Of a DNA stretch of 64,000 bases, positions 55,804 to 64,000 are shown piece after piece. This DNA comes from Candidatus Nomurabacteria bacterium RIFCSPLOWO2_01_FULL_39_18. Lineage in GTDB: Bacteria; Patescibacteriota; Minisyncoccia; Phycocordibacterales; UBA9973. The notes under the pieces were generated by a model. That model had not been told where the DNA came from and ran no database searches. It saw only the letters and a program-made list of their open reading frames with translations. Position 1 is the stretch's first letter. Each line of letters starts with the position of its first letter. Both the position numbers and the translations under genes were made by a program. The stretch spans positions 16,197-80,196 of the forward strand of contig MFUV01000006.1 in NCBI GenBank assembly GCA_001787005.1, in the 5' to 3' direction.

Positions 55804-57120
55804 ATGCAAAATCGGATATTATCAAGTGGAATAAAGAACCATATTGGGAAAGAAGTCTTAATGCAAGGGTGGCTTCATAAGAAGCGCCTGCTGGGCGGGC
55901 TTGTCTTTATTTTATTGCGTGATCGCGGGGGAGTCACGCAGGTTTTAATAGAAGACAAAGATGAAGCGCAAAAATTGGATGGACTTCAGCTAGGAACGGT
56001 CTTGGAAATTACGGGTACCGTGGTGGCCGAGGAGCGAGCCCCAGAAGGTACAGAAATTCACAGTCCAAAGATTACGATAATGCTGCCCGTAACGGAAACT
56101 TCTCCCATTGAGATTGATAAACCATTAAGTCATAAATCTGAAAATTTAGACACGCTTTTTGAATACAGAGTCGTAGGAGTGCGAAATATTAATGAGGGAA
56201 AAGTTTTTAAAATCAGAAGCGCTCTCAATCGTTACATCAGGGAATTCTTGCATAAAAACGAATTCGTGGAAATCCAAACGCCAAAAATTCTTGCGGGTGC
56301 CACAGAGGGCGGAGCAGAAGTTTTTAAGTTTGATTATTTTGGTAAAGAAGCAACTCTGGCGCAGAGTCCGCAATTTTATAAACAGATTATGGTCGGTGCT
56401 TTTGAGCGAGTCTTTGAAATAGGTCCAACATTCCGCGCAGAACCCAGCACCACCTCGAGGCATGTGAGCGAGATTACGATGCTTGATATTGAAATGGGTT
56501 TTATCGAGTCGCATGACGATGTTTTAAAAATGACGGAAAATTTGGTTTTTAATGTTTTGAATAGAGTTTATGAAGAACATGCCGAAGAGCTAAAAAGCCT
56601 GAATGCTCCAGAATTAGTGTTGAAGGCATCTTTTCCGAGATATACTCTCAAAACAATACATGAAATGTACACCAAGGCGACAGGCATTAACACCGTTGGC
56701 GAGAAGGATATGCGTCCAGAGGAAGAAAAATGGATTTGTGATTATTCAAAAAAAGAAAATGAATGCGAAGCAATTTTCGTTACCGAATTTCCGGTGGAGA
56801 GTATGAAATTCTATCACATGATTAATCCTAAAGATCCTACAACTGTTTGTTGGGCGGATCTTCTTTTCAGGGGACTCGAAATCGCTACATGTCCAATGCG
56901 AGAACATCATTATGATAAGCTTGTTGTTCAAATGAAGAAAGCAGGGATTGACCCAGAACATCCGGGATATAAATATTATTTGCAAGCCTTTAAATTTGGT
57001 TTGCCCCCGCATGGAGGATTTGGTTTCGGCATAGATCGTTTAGTGGAAAAGACGATTGGCCTTGAGAATGTAAAAGAAGCGATTCTTTTCCCGAGAGACA
57101 TGAATAGGCTTACTCCGTAG
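55804..57120 (+). CDS. aspS: Aspartate--tRNA(Asp/Asn) ligase, short non-discriminating type
   Basis: LRDR, EGGAEVF, LAQSPQFYKQ, FRAE, PPHGGFGFGIDR. Confidence 0.9.
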   Translation: MQNRILSSGIKNHIGKEVLMQGWLHKKRLLGGLVFILLRDRGGVTQVLIEDKDEAQKLDGLQLGTVLEITGTVVAEERAPEGTEIHSPKITIMLPVTETSPIEIDKPLSHKSENLDTLFEYRVVGVRNINEGKVFKIRSALNRYIREFLHKNEFVEIQTPKILAGATEGGAEVFKFDYFGKEATLAQSPQFYKQIMVGAFERVFEIGPTFRAEPSTTSRHVSEITMLDIEMGFIESHDDVLKMTENLVFNVLNRVYEEHAEELKSLNAPELVLKASFPRYTLKTIHEMYTKATGINTVGEKDMRPEEEKWICDYSKKENECEAIFVTEFPVESMKFYHMINPKDPTTVCWADLLFRGLEIATCPMREHHYDKLVVQMKKAGIDPEHPGYKYYLQAFKFGLPPHGGFGFGIDRLVEKTIGLENVKEAILFPRDMNRLTP

Positions 57121-57128
57121 TTTTTAAA

Positions 57129-57467
57129 ATGAACTATAAAATTTCCGGCAAGGTAGTAAGAGGCGACGGATATGGAAAAAAGTTGGGGTTTCCTACTGTG
57201 AATTTAGAAACCAAGCAACAAAAGACAAAAGAATTTCCCAAAGATGGAGTGCATGCTGGAGTGGCAGTTTTGGATGGTAGGGAATATAGGGCGGGAATTG
57301 TTATTGGCCCCAAGGGTAAGGTTGAAGCGCATTTGATAGGGTACAGCGGAGATGCATACGGGAAAGAAGTAACTCTCCAAGTGGGTGAATTCATAAGAGA
57401 ATATAAAAAATTTAATACTGAAGAAGAATTGATTGAACAAATAGGGAAAGACCTAGAAAAGTGCTAG
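57129..57467 (+). CDS. Stand-alone riboflavin kinase domain
   Basis: GKVVRG.G.GKKLGFPTVN, EAHLI, FIR..KKF. Confidence 0.85.
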   Translation: MNYKISGKVVRGDGYGKKLGFPTVNLETKQQKTKEFPKDGVHAGVAVLDGREYRAGIVIGPKGKVEAHLIGYSGDAYGKEVTLQVGEFIREYKKFNTEEELIEQIGKDLEKC

Positions 57468-57477
57468 ACTTAAAAAT

Positions 57478-58401
57478 ATGCAAAATTCTACCGGTCCCAT
57501 TTTAATTATTATTGCGGCGTTTCTCTGGGCTTTCGACGGGCTGATTCGTCAGCACTTATACACGTTGCCGCCGATTACGATTATTTTCTTTGAACATTTA
57601 ATAGGGCTTATAATTTTATCTCCATTTATTTTTAAATATGTACGGGAGACAAAGCTAGAAAAAAGAGAATGGTGGCTTCTTGTCCTGGTGGCAGTTTTAA
57701 GCGGACTTCTGGGTACACTCTGGTTTACCACAGCGCTCGGTAAGGTGCACTTCATTTCTATTTCAGTTGTGTTTCTTTTGCAAAAGCTTCAGCCGATCTT
57801 TGCCATCACCACTGCACGTATTTTCTTGAAAGAAAAACTAGACAGTCGCTACATCAAATGGGCTCTGCTCGCTCTTGTTTCAGCTTATTTTGTGACTTTC
57901 CCCAACGGCGTGGTCAATTTTGAGACAGGCGAAGGCACAATCATCGCCGCCTTATATGCGCTTGGCGCCGCTTTTGCCTGGGGGTCATCCACCACATTTT
58001 CTAAAATGCTTTTGGGACGTGTTCGCGCAGAAGTTAGTACATTTTACAGATTTTTGTTTACCATAATAGTGTCCCTGCCAGTCCTTTTTATTTTTGGACG
58101 TGTGTATATTTCAGGGTTTGAAAAGGGTACTGCGCTTGCCATACCCACAATGCCTCAATTTGGATTCTTGGCGTTAATTGCTCTATCTACCGGGATGGTT
58201 GCGTTACTTATTTATTATAAAGGACTTGCCAGAACGCCAGTACACATTTCCACAATTTTGGAATTGACCTTTCCGTTTGTTGCTATTTTACTAGATTTTA
58301 TCGTTAACCATACAGTGCTAACTCCACTACAATGGATCTCTGCGCTGGCGCTTGTCTTTAGTATTTATCAGATTGCGAAGTTAAGAGAAAGTATTACATA
58401 A
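57478..58401 (+). CDS. EamA/DMT family transporter
   Basis: About 10 TM helices with a duplicated EamA pattern. Confidence 0.85.
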   Translation: MQNSTGPILIIIAAFLWAFDGLIRQHLYTLPPITIIFFEHLIGLIILSPFIFKYVRETKLEKREWWLLVLVAVLSGLLGTLWFTTALGKVHFISISVVFLLQKLQPIFAITTARIFLKEKLDSRYIKWALLALVSAYFVTFPNGVVNFETGEGTIIAALYALGAAFAWGSSTTFSKMLLGRVRAEVSTFYRFLFTIIVSLPVLFIFGRVYISGFEKGTALAIPTMPQFGFLALIALSTGMVALLIYYKGLARTPVHISTILELTFPFVAILLDFIVNHTVLTPLQWISALALVFSIYQIAKLRESIT

Positions 58402-58435
58402 TGTATTATATAATAAGTTATATAATAAAATTAAA

Positions 58436-58777
58436 ATGATATACAATGATTTATTAAAAAAAACTTGCATTTCGTGCGAAGGGAAGGGGATTAAGCCTTT
58501 CGATCGTAGGCAAGCAGAAGAATATATGGCCCAAGTCACGGGCTGGACTTTGAGCGAAGACATTAAAAAGATCTCTAGAGAGTATAAATTCAAAGATTTT
58601 ATCGGCGCAATGAATTTCGTCAACAACGTGGCTGACATCGCGGAGTCAGAAGGGCACCATCCAGACATACATGTGCACTACAATAAAGTTCTGCTCGAAC
58701 TCTGGACCCACGCCATCGGCGGACTCTCCGAGAACGACTTCATCGTTGCCGCTAAAATGGATGCGATGAAACAGTAA
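58436..58777 (+). CDS. phhB: Pterin-4-alpha-carbinolamine dehydratase
   Basis: AESEGHHPDI, WTHAIGGLSENDF. Confidence 0.92.
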   Translation: MIYNDLLKKTCISCEGKGIKPFDRRQAEEYMAQVTGWTLSEDIKKISREYKFKDFIGAMNFVNNVADIAESEGHHPDIHVHYNKVLLELWTHAIGGLSENDFIVAAKMDAMKQ

Positions 58778-58782
58778 TTTGT

Positions 58783-59406
58783 ATGAAATTTTACCTGTCT
58801 TCTTATAAACTGGGGAATGAAACTGAGAAATTAAAAAACTTAATTCCAAATAAAAAAATTGGGTATATTCCCAATGCACGAGATTTTTCTGGAACAGATC
58901 CAGAGAAAAAGAGAGAAAGAACAGAAAGGGACGTTACCCTGTTAGCTGAATTAGGAATAAAAGCTGAGGTAATTGATCTAAAAAATTATTTTAATAAGAA
59001 AGATAAACTACAGAAAAAGCTCGAAGAGTTAGGAGCTATATTTATCAGCGGCGGGAATGTTTTTGTGTTGCGTCAAGCCATGAAGTTGAGCGGTCTCGAT
59101 GAAATTCTCACGGAATTCAGAAATAATAATCAAGATTTTCTTTACGCTGGTTATAGTGCCGGTGGTTGTGTTTTGTCGCCCAATCTTAGAGCATATGCAA
59201 TCGTAGATGATGCGACAGATATACCCTATGAAGAATTGAAAGAAGTTATCTGGGAAGGTTTGGGTTTTATTGATTTTGCTTTTATGCCCCACTTTAATTC
59301 TGACCACCCTGAATCTGCAAAAATTGGTGAAGAAATCGAATTTTGCCAGAAAAATAATATACCATACAAAGCCATCAAGGATGGGGGAGTGGTTATTATT
59401 GAATAG
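58783..59406 (+). CDS. Peptidase S51 (dipeptidase E-like)
   Basis: YIPNA, SGGNVF, GYSAG, PHF. Confidence 0.85.
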   Translation: MKFYLSSYKLGNETEKLKNLIPNKKIGYIPNARDFSGTDPEKKRERTERDVTLLAELGIKAEVIDLKNYFNKKDKLQKKLEELGAIFISGGNVFVLRQAMKLSGLDEILTEFRNNNQDFLYAGYSAGGCVLSPNLRAYAIVDDATDIPYEELKEVIWEGLGFIDFAFMPHFNSDHPESAKIGEEIEFCQKNNIPYKAIKDGGVVIIE

Positions 59407-59429
59407 GGGAAACAAGCGAATTTTTCTTA

Positions 59430-60545
59430 TTAAATATTCCCTATAAATTTCTTAAACACTTGTTTTGTGTCTTTTATAGATTGAAGACTAACCCATTCAT
59501 CTGCTCCGTGATTACCTTCTCCGTAGGGACCAAAGTTAAAAAATGGTATACCTGTTTTTGCGCTTATCATTGCCACGTCATTGTAGCCACTAAGCCCAGG
59601 ATCCGATAATTCAATTTCAAACCCTACTTGTTTAGCAGATTCTAAAAATAGTTTCAAATCTTTTTCTCCGGTCATTACACTAGGAGATCTCAACTGTTGT
59701 ACATTTACAGAGAAGCTTAATTTATGTGTTTTTTTGATTTCGTTCTCAAATAAAGTTTTTAATTTCTGCCTTGATATATTTTTCGATAAACGAACAGAAA
59801 AAATAGCTTCCGTGTAATCTGGAACAGAATTATTTTGTGTTTGAATCTTACCATTAACCAATACACCAAGATTCATAGATACCAGAGTAGCCGAAGTTTT
59901 TCCTAATCTTGTTTCAATAGATTGCAAATTATCTTTTAATTTTTTGTACACATCAAAAAGCACCTCGCCTGCGTTTATGCCTTGCTGTGATCTGGAAGCA
60001 TGCGCTCTCTTTCCATAGATAATTACTTTTACTTTCGCACATCCGCGGCATCCGTAGCCAAGCTTAAAACTAGACTCTGGACTTACAAAATATCTGACAG
60101 ATTTTGGTATTCTACTGCTGTTTTTTACCATAACCTCCATTCCTTTTTGTCCATGCTCCTCATCACAGTAAAATAAAAAACCAACTTTATCTTGAAGCCT
60201 TTTCGGTAGCTCCAAAGCAGCAAAAATAGCAGACACAGTTCCACCTTTCATGTCTTTTGTACCTAGCCCATATAATTTATTTTCCTTTGTTATTATTTTT
60301 GTATGATTCTTTTTACTTGGCAAAACTGTATCTAAATGACAGCAGAAAATAATCTTTGGTTTCTTTGGAATTATCAATAAATTTTCTCTTCCACGTTCAA
60401 TTTGAATCTTTTTTATTTTATATTTTTTAAAATTCTTCCGAAAAAATTTCTGAATAAAATCACAATACCTCCGCTCTGAAGAACCCCTTTTCTTATCGAG
60501 GTAACTTGGAATTTCTATAAGTTTTTTTAATAATTCTTTTTCCAT
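59430..60545 (-). CDS. M20 family metallopeptidase/deacylase (ArgE/DapE-like)
   Basis: CHLDTV, YGLGTKDMKGG, DEE, AHAS, GP..H.ADE. Confidence 0.88.
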   Translation of the reverse strand: MEKELLKKLIEIPSYLDKKRGSSERRYCDFIQKFFRKNFKKYKIKKIQIERGRENLLIIPKKPKIIFCCHLDTVLPSKKNHTKIITKENKLYGLGTKDMKGGTVSAIFAALELPKRLQDKVGFLFYCDEEHGQKGMEVMVKNSSRIPKSVRYFVSPESSFKLGYGCRGCAKVKVIIYGKRAHASRSQQGINAGEVLFDVYKKLKDNLQSIETRLGKTSATLVSMNLGVLVNGKIQTQNNSVPDYTEAIFSVRLSKNISRQKLKTLFENEIKKTHKLSFSVNVQQLRSPSVMTGEKDLKLFLESAKQVGFEIELSDPGLSGYNDVAMISAKTGIPFFNFGPYGEGNHGADEWVSLQSIKDTKQVFKKFIGNI

Positions 60546-60616
60546 AATTTTTATATTATATATTAAAATTCCCCAGGCCGCCCATCATCGACAGACGGCC
60601 TCAGGAATTGATCACC

Positions 60617-61930
60617 CTACAGAACAAGGTAGGATATCTTGGCATGGGTTCCCCCATGCGAAAGGAGTTGCTCTGCCGGCACTCGGGTCACTTCGGACCC
60701 GTAGTGCTCGCCTTTGTTCGGGCCCAGGTAACTCGATACGCGAACCCGCTCTCCGTCGATGAGGCATGGCAGAGCGGGTTGGAGGAGGAAATAGGTGGGA
60801 AGGCTGAGTTTACTGTAAACAGCCTTGTAAACCTCCTTTTGCTTGAAGCCTGAGAAGGTAACCTGGCGGCAACCTGACGTCGCCAGGCACTTGAGGAAGA
60901 CCCTCTCCGAAGGAGATCCCCACCTAGAGGATATGAAATCCTCGAAGCTTACCCATTGGATCTGACCCCGACTAAAGCCAAGGCCGACCTCCAAGGAGCC
61001 CTCGTGCAACCTCACGAGATAGGTTGCCACGCAGTTTGCACGATGAAGGGCAACATCTGCGTTAAATCCGAAGAACTCTGGAAGGCCTGTGATGTTCAAC
61101 AGGGCATTCCAAACCTGGGATTCAAAAAGACGAATACCAGGAGCGCCAACGGTCGCCCTTCCTCCCCTGATCTCCTTCCTTGAGAGCCGAACAACGTTGT
61201 CGGCGCCCGAGAATTCGTCGGAGAAGGCGAAGCTTGCTCGCACTCGATCGGTGAGCCACCGGAGCGAATGGGCAGAGCCGTGAGCACGGTCGCTCACCCA
61301 AGTCGGAGAGAACTCGGTGAGTTTTTCCAAGTAAGGCTCTTGGGTTTTCAACCCGAGAAGCTCTTGGGCCGCAACCATTGGCGTAACGCCGTAGGGCATC
61401 ACATTCGGGTCGATGATAACCAGACGGTTTTCAGCAGTCAAGCCAAAATCGATCCTGGTGACATGCGGGCTAGGAAAATACTCTTGCCCTGCCGTAAACC
61501 ATTCAATCTCCGATCTTTTGCGGGTTCCCCATCCGCTAGTTTCCGGGGCAGAGTTTCCTGAAGCGAAGTATTCTTCTGGAAAAAACTGGGAGACGAAGGT
61601 TCTGCCTTCTGGCTTCGACATTATTCCATTCACAAACTTCTTCCACTGTTTCCAAGTAGAAGAAATTTGTCCCAGTGCCACCTTACTCAAGAAATACTTC
61701 GACCCTGGAAGGGTGGGGTTAACATCGTCCACCGGAAAAGGAAGAAATTCTTCTCCTTTTCGGAAACTTATCCTAAGCCGAAACAGCTCTTCAGAAATTC
61801 TCACCATCTTCTCCTTTTCAAGAACAATTCCACACCTCAATATTTCGAGGCTGGTGGATATGTTCTTTCTTAAAAAATAAAAAGCATAATCAACAACCCC
61901 CAAATATTTTCTGGATTGTAGTGATGCCAA
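60617..61930 (-). CDS. Hypothetical protein, possibly circularly permuted ATP-grasp-like; GC-rich; start may be 61807
   Basis: RIDF..IIDPNVMPYG, FLK..SGCRQV, LLQP, RV..Y motif order. Confidence 0.5.
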   Translation of the reverse strand: MASLQSRKYLGVVDYAFYFLRKNISTSLEILRCGIVLEKEKMVRISEELFRLRISFRKGEEFLPFPVDDVNPTLPGSKYFLSKVALGQISSTWKQWKKFVNGIMSKPEGRTFVSQFFPEEYFASGNSAPETSGWGTRKRSEIEWFTAGQEYFPSPHVTRIDFGLTAENRLVIIDPNVMPYGVTPMVAAQELLGLKTQEPYLEKLTEFSPTWVSDRAHGSAHSLRWLTDRVRASFAFSDEFSGADNVVRLSRKEIRGGRATVGAPGIRLFESQVWNALLNITGLPEFFGFNADVALHRANCVATYLVRLHEGSLEVGLGFSRGQIQWVSFEDFISSRWGSPSERVFLKCLATSGCRQVTFSGFKQKEVYKAVYSKLSLPTYFLLQPALPCLIDGERVRVSSYLGPNKGEHYGSEVTRVPAEQLLSHGGTHAKISYLVL

Positions 61931-61998
61931 TAATAATTAAATTTTAATTTTTGGTTATTCATATAATTTTAAAATTTCCCTTAATTCTTATGAAATTT

Positions 61999-62544
61999 TC
62001 ATAATTTTTTGTAAATTAATTTCAGAGCTTTCTTCACAGCTTCTTTTGGCGTTTTTGCTTTCCCAATTTTAATTCTTTTTCTTTCATCAAGATATGTACC
62101 CGACAATTTTTTACTCCAACCACCTGTATTGTACAAAGAAATAATGGGTATATTTGCCTGATAAGCAATTGCCATTTCTGTCAGTGTTCCGGAACCTCCT
62201 CCTATAGTAATTATAGCGTCACAACTTAAAACGAGAGTAAGTTCTCTTCCGCCACCACGCTCAAGTCCGTTTGCAATAATCACATCAACATTTTTCTTTT
62301 CAAAAATGTTCAAACCCTTACCATAAGTTATGCCAACAGTAAGGCCCCCGGCTTTTTTGGCTCCGCGACAAGCGGCAGTTGAAAGGGAATCAAAATCTTT
62401 TTCTGCGCCGAAAATTAGGGTCGCTTGGTTTTCAGCAATCTGATATCCAAGTTCTTCCGCGATTTTCTTAATTTTTTTTGAGTATTTTAAATCAGCGGTA
62501 GAACCCATTACTCCTATTTGTATTTTTCTTGATAATTTTTTCAT
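61999..62544 (-). CDS. LOG/TIGR00725 family nucleotide-binding protein
   Basis: IGVMG, AACRGAKKAGGLTVGI, IGGGSGTLTE, TGGWS. Confidence 0.85.
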   Translation of the reverse strand: MKKLSRKIQIGVMGSTADLKYSKKIKKIAEELGYQIAENQATLIFGAEKDFDSLSTAACRGAKKAGGLTVGITYGKGLNIFEKKNVDVIIANGLERGGGRELTLVLSCDAIITIGGGSGTLTEMAIAYQANIPIISLYNTGGWSKKLSGTYLDERKRIKIGKAKTPKEAVKKALKLIYKKL

Positions 62545-62564
62545 ATTTTTATTAGATTAGGGGT

Positions 62565-62724
62565 AAAAAACAAAAAACCGTCCTTGTGGGGCGGCCGTTT
62601 GCTTAAATAGTGAAATTAATTAGCAAAAAGAAGACCGTCCCACTGGGCGGGTGTGATAGTTAACAGAAAATTTAATTAAAAAACCCATAGCTAGATAATA
62701 GCATAAAATATATATCTGTGTCAA
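62565..62724 (-). promoter_or_regulatory. Promoter, 22-aa leader peptide and alternative hairpins (putative attenuator)
   Basis: TTGACA-18-TATTAT; ATG 62688; MGFLIKFSVNYHTRPVGRSSFC*; gtgggacggtc can pair with ggccgccccac; imperfect hairpin followed by a T-run. Confidence 0.6.
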
Positions 62725-62895
62725 TCCGGTGTACAGTTACCCTTATGAGGTTACAGAAAAGGAAAATTGGGGTGACAAAGGGTAACCGTACACAGGGGTG
62801 TGCCAACACCTGACATATTACTTGTCGATGTACCTGAATTGTCTCCCTCATAACCTAAAAAGCTAATAATCGTAGGGACGTAATAGCTAAGGATT

Positions 62896-63840
62896 TTACC
62901 TCCACTCGAATCCTCTGCCGAAATGCCCATAGAGAGATGTGTCGGCAAATTTTACTTTGTCTAATTTTAAATATTCGCGGATTCCCTTCGGGCTTAAATC
63001 ATAGCCCGTAATTTCCTCTTCCCTGCCATCTACTACAGCCACAGCCATCACTGGCTCACTCTTGCCTATTGCATAGGCAAGCTTGGTGTGGACTTCCCTC
63101 GCACCTCGACTCCCTAAGAGCTCCACAGCAATTCGACGCGCCATATACGCCCCAGACCTGTCCACCTTGGTGCAGTCCTTGCCAGAAAATGAACCCCCGC
63201 CGATTGGTATTTCCGGTCCATAGTTGTCTATGACTAATTTTCTCCCCGACAAGCCCGTATCCGAATCAAATCCACCCACTGTCCATTCGCCAGCAGGATT
63301 TATCAAATATTCTTTTGCCTGTATCAAACTTTTTACCAATTTAAAAAGTTCATCATTTTTTGTATTTTGGAAGCTAGCAACGACTGTCGCTACTGCGCCA
63401 TCTTCTATCGTCACCTGCACCTTCCCGTCAAATGGATACACTGCATAAATATTTTTACAAAGGTCTCGCGCGAGAACATATTCAAGTGGTAAATATTCCG
63501 GAGTTTCGCTCGTCGCATATCCTTTCATAATTCCCTGATCTCCCGCGCCTCCAGCATCGACTCCCCTCGCAATTTCTGGACTTTGCGCCACAATATTAGA
63601 AATAATTTTAAAATTCCCATTCCCCTTGCCAACGATATTTTTAACCAGATTTTCTATATCAGGTTTAGCAAGAGATGTGACTTCGCCATTTATAGTAATT
63701 AAATTATGCCCGCCCATCACCTCGACTGCCACCCGGCTTTCAGGATCGCCCTCGAGATACGCATCTAAAATACTATCCGCAATAAAATCACAGATTTTAT
63801 CTGGATGTTTTGGACTCACGAATTCTGCTGTTTTTTTCAT
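62896..63840 (-). CDS. metK: S-adenosylmethionine synthetase (compact)
   Basis: EFVSPKHPDKICD, GAGDQG, DGKVQVT, DTGLSGRK, GGGSFSGKD.TKVDRS, YGHFG. Confidence 0.95.
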   Translation of the reverse strand: MKKTAEFVSPKHPDKICDFIADSILDAYLEGDPESRVAVEVMGGHNLITINGEVTSLAKPDIENLVKNIVGKGNGNFKIISNIVAQSPEIARGVDAGGAGDQGIMKGYATSETPEYLPLEYVLARDLCKNIYAVYPFDGKVQVTIEDGAVATVVASFQNTKNDELFKLVKSLIQAKEYLINPAGEWTVGGFDSDTGLSGRKLVIDNYGPEIPIGGGSFSGKDCTKVDRSGAYMARRIAVELLGSRGAREVHTKLAYAIGKSEPVMAVAVVDGREEEITGYDLSPKGIREYLKLDKVKFADTSLYGHFGRGFEWR

Positions 63841-63884
63841 AAATTACTATTCGCCTATTCGCGCGAATTAGAGATATGTTTTAT

Positions 63885-63909
63885 AAATAAAAAATCCTCA
63901 TAAAGAGGA
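63885..63909 (-). terminator. Terminator of the riboswitch expression platform
   Basis: Minus strand tcctc-tttat-gagga-ttttttattt. Confidence 0.6.
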
Positions 63910-63923
63910 AAGAGACGGACTAT

Positions 63924-64000
63924 GTATCTTTCCCCAACTTAAACCAAGTTTGGGCTGGATTTGGCACCCGTTCGAGAATTTCTCAGGGTTGCCGGTGGGT
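63924..64000 (-). ncRNA. SAM-I (S-box) family riboswitch, 3' part (5' end outside the window)
   Basis: Minus strand ccggcaacc...ggtgccaaatcc...gaaagat, upstream of metK. Confidence 0.8.

Noticed and set aside
62730-62791. gttaccctt/aagggtaac hairpin, also at 50695-50713
   Set aside because: Probably a remnant of another REP-like family, but the match is only about 9 bp and no cognate gene is present.
1-64000. CRISPR array or cas genes
   Set aside because: No regularly spaced direct repeats. The 32619-33125 gene is a PaaX-like regulator, not a stand-alone cas2.

Overview
Chromosomal window from a low-GC bacterium, most likely Patescibacteria/CPR (Parcubacteria, Nomurabacteria-like) using genetic code 11; the taxon is inferred from gene content. 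It carries housekeeping genes: iscS, clpB, tRNA-Tyr, typA, mltG, mnmA, alaS, infA-rpmJ-rpsM-rpsK-rpsD-rpoA-rplQ-rplM-rpsI, grpE, dnaK, dnaJ, cysS, rplU, recR, dnaB, trpS, aspS, and metK with a SAM-I riboswitch at the window edge. Accessory content includes two REP-associated tyrosine transposases (one truncated) with cognate palindromes, a VapBC pair, a LAGLIDADG-like ORF overlapping tRNA-Tyr, five paralogous Cys-rich zinc-ribbon proteins and two VirD4/HerA-like ATPases inside the grpE-dnaK-dnaJ region. The most unusual signal is a dense set of small palindromic elements. (i) Long hairpins with a conserved core but locus-specific arms that mirror host coding sequence, inserted in frame in both iscS and mnmA in the same order. 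(ii) TCCCG...CGGGA elements at start codons that regenerate ATG, often with mini-ORFs ending at the new start. (iii) Short in-frame palindromes (LPAQAG, SAKGGSASGG and others) in typA, grpE, dnaK, cysS and recR. (iv) Duplicated gene starts at typA and dnaJ. All calls come from reading the sequence; no searches were run.
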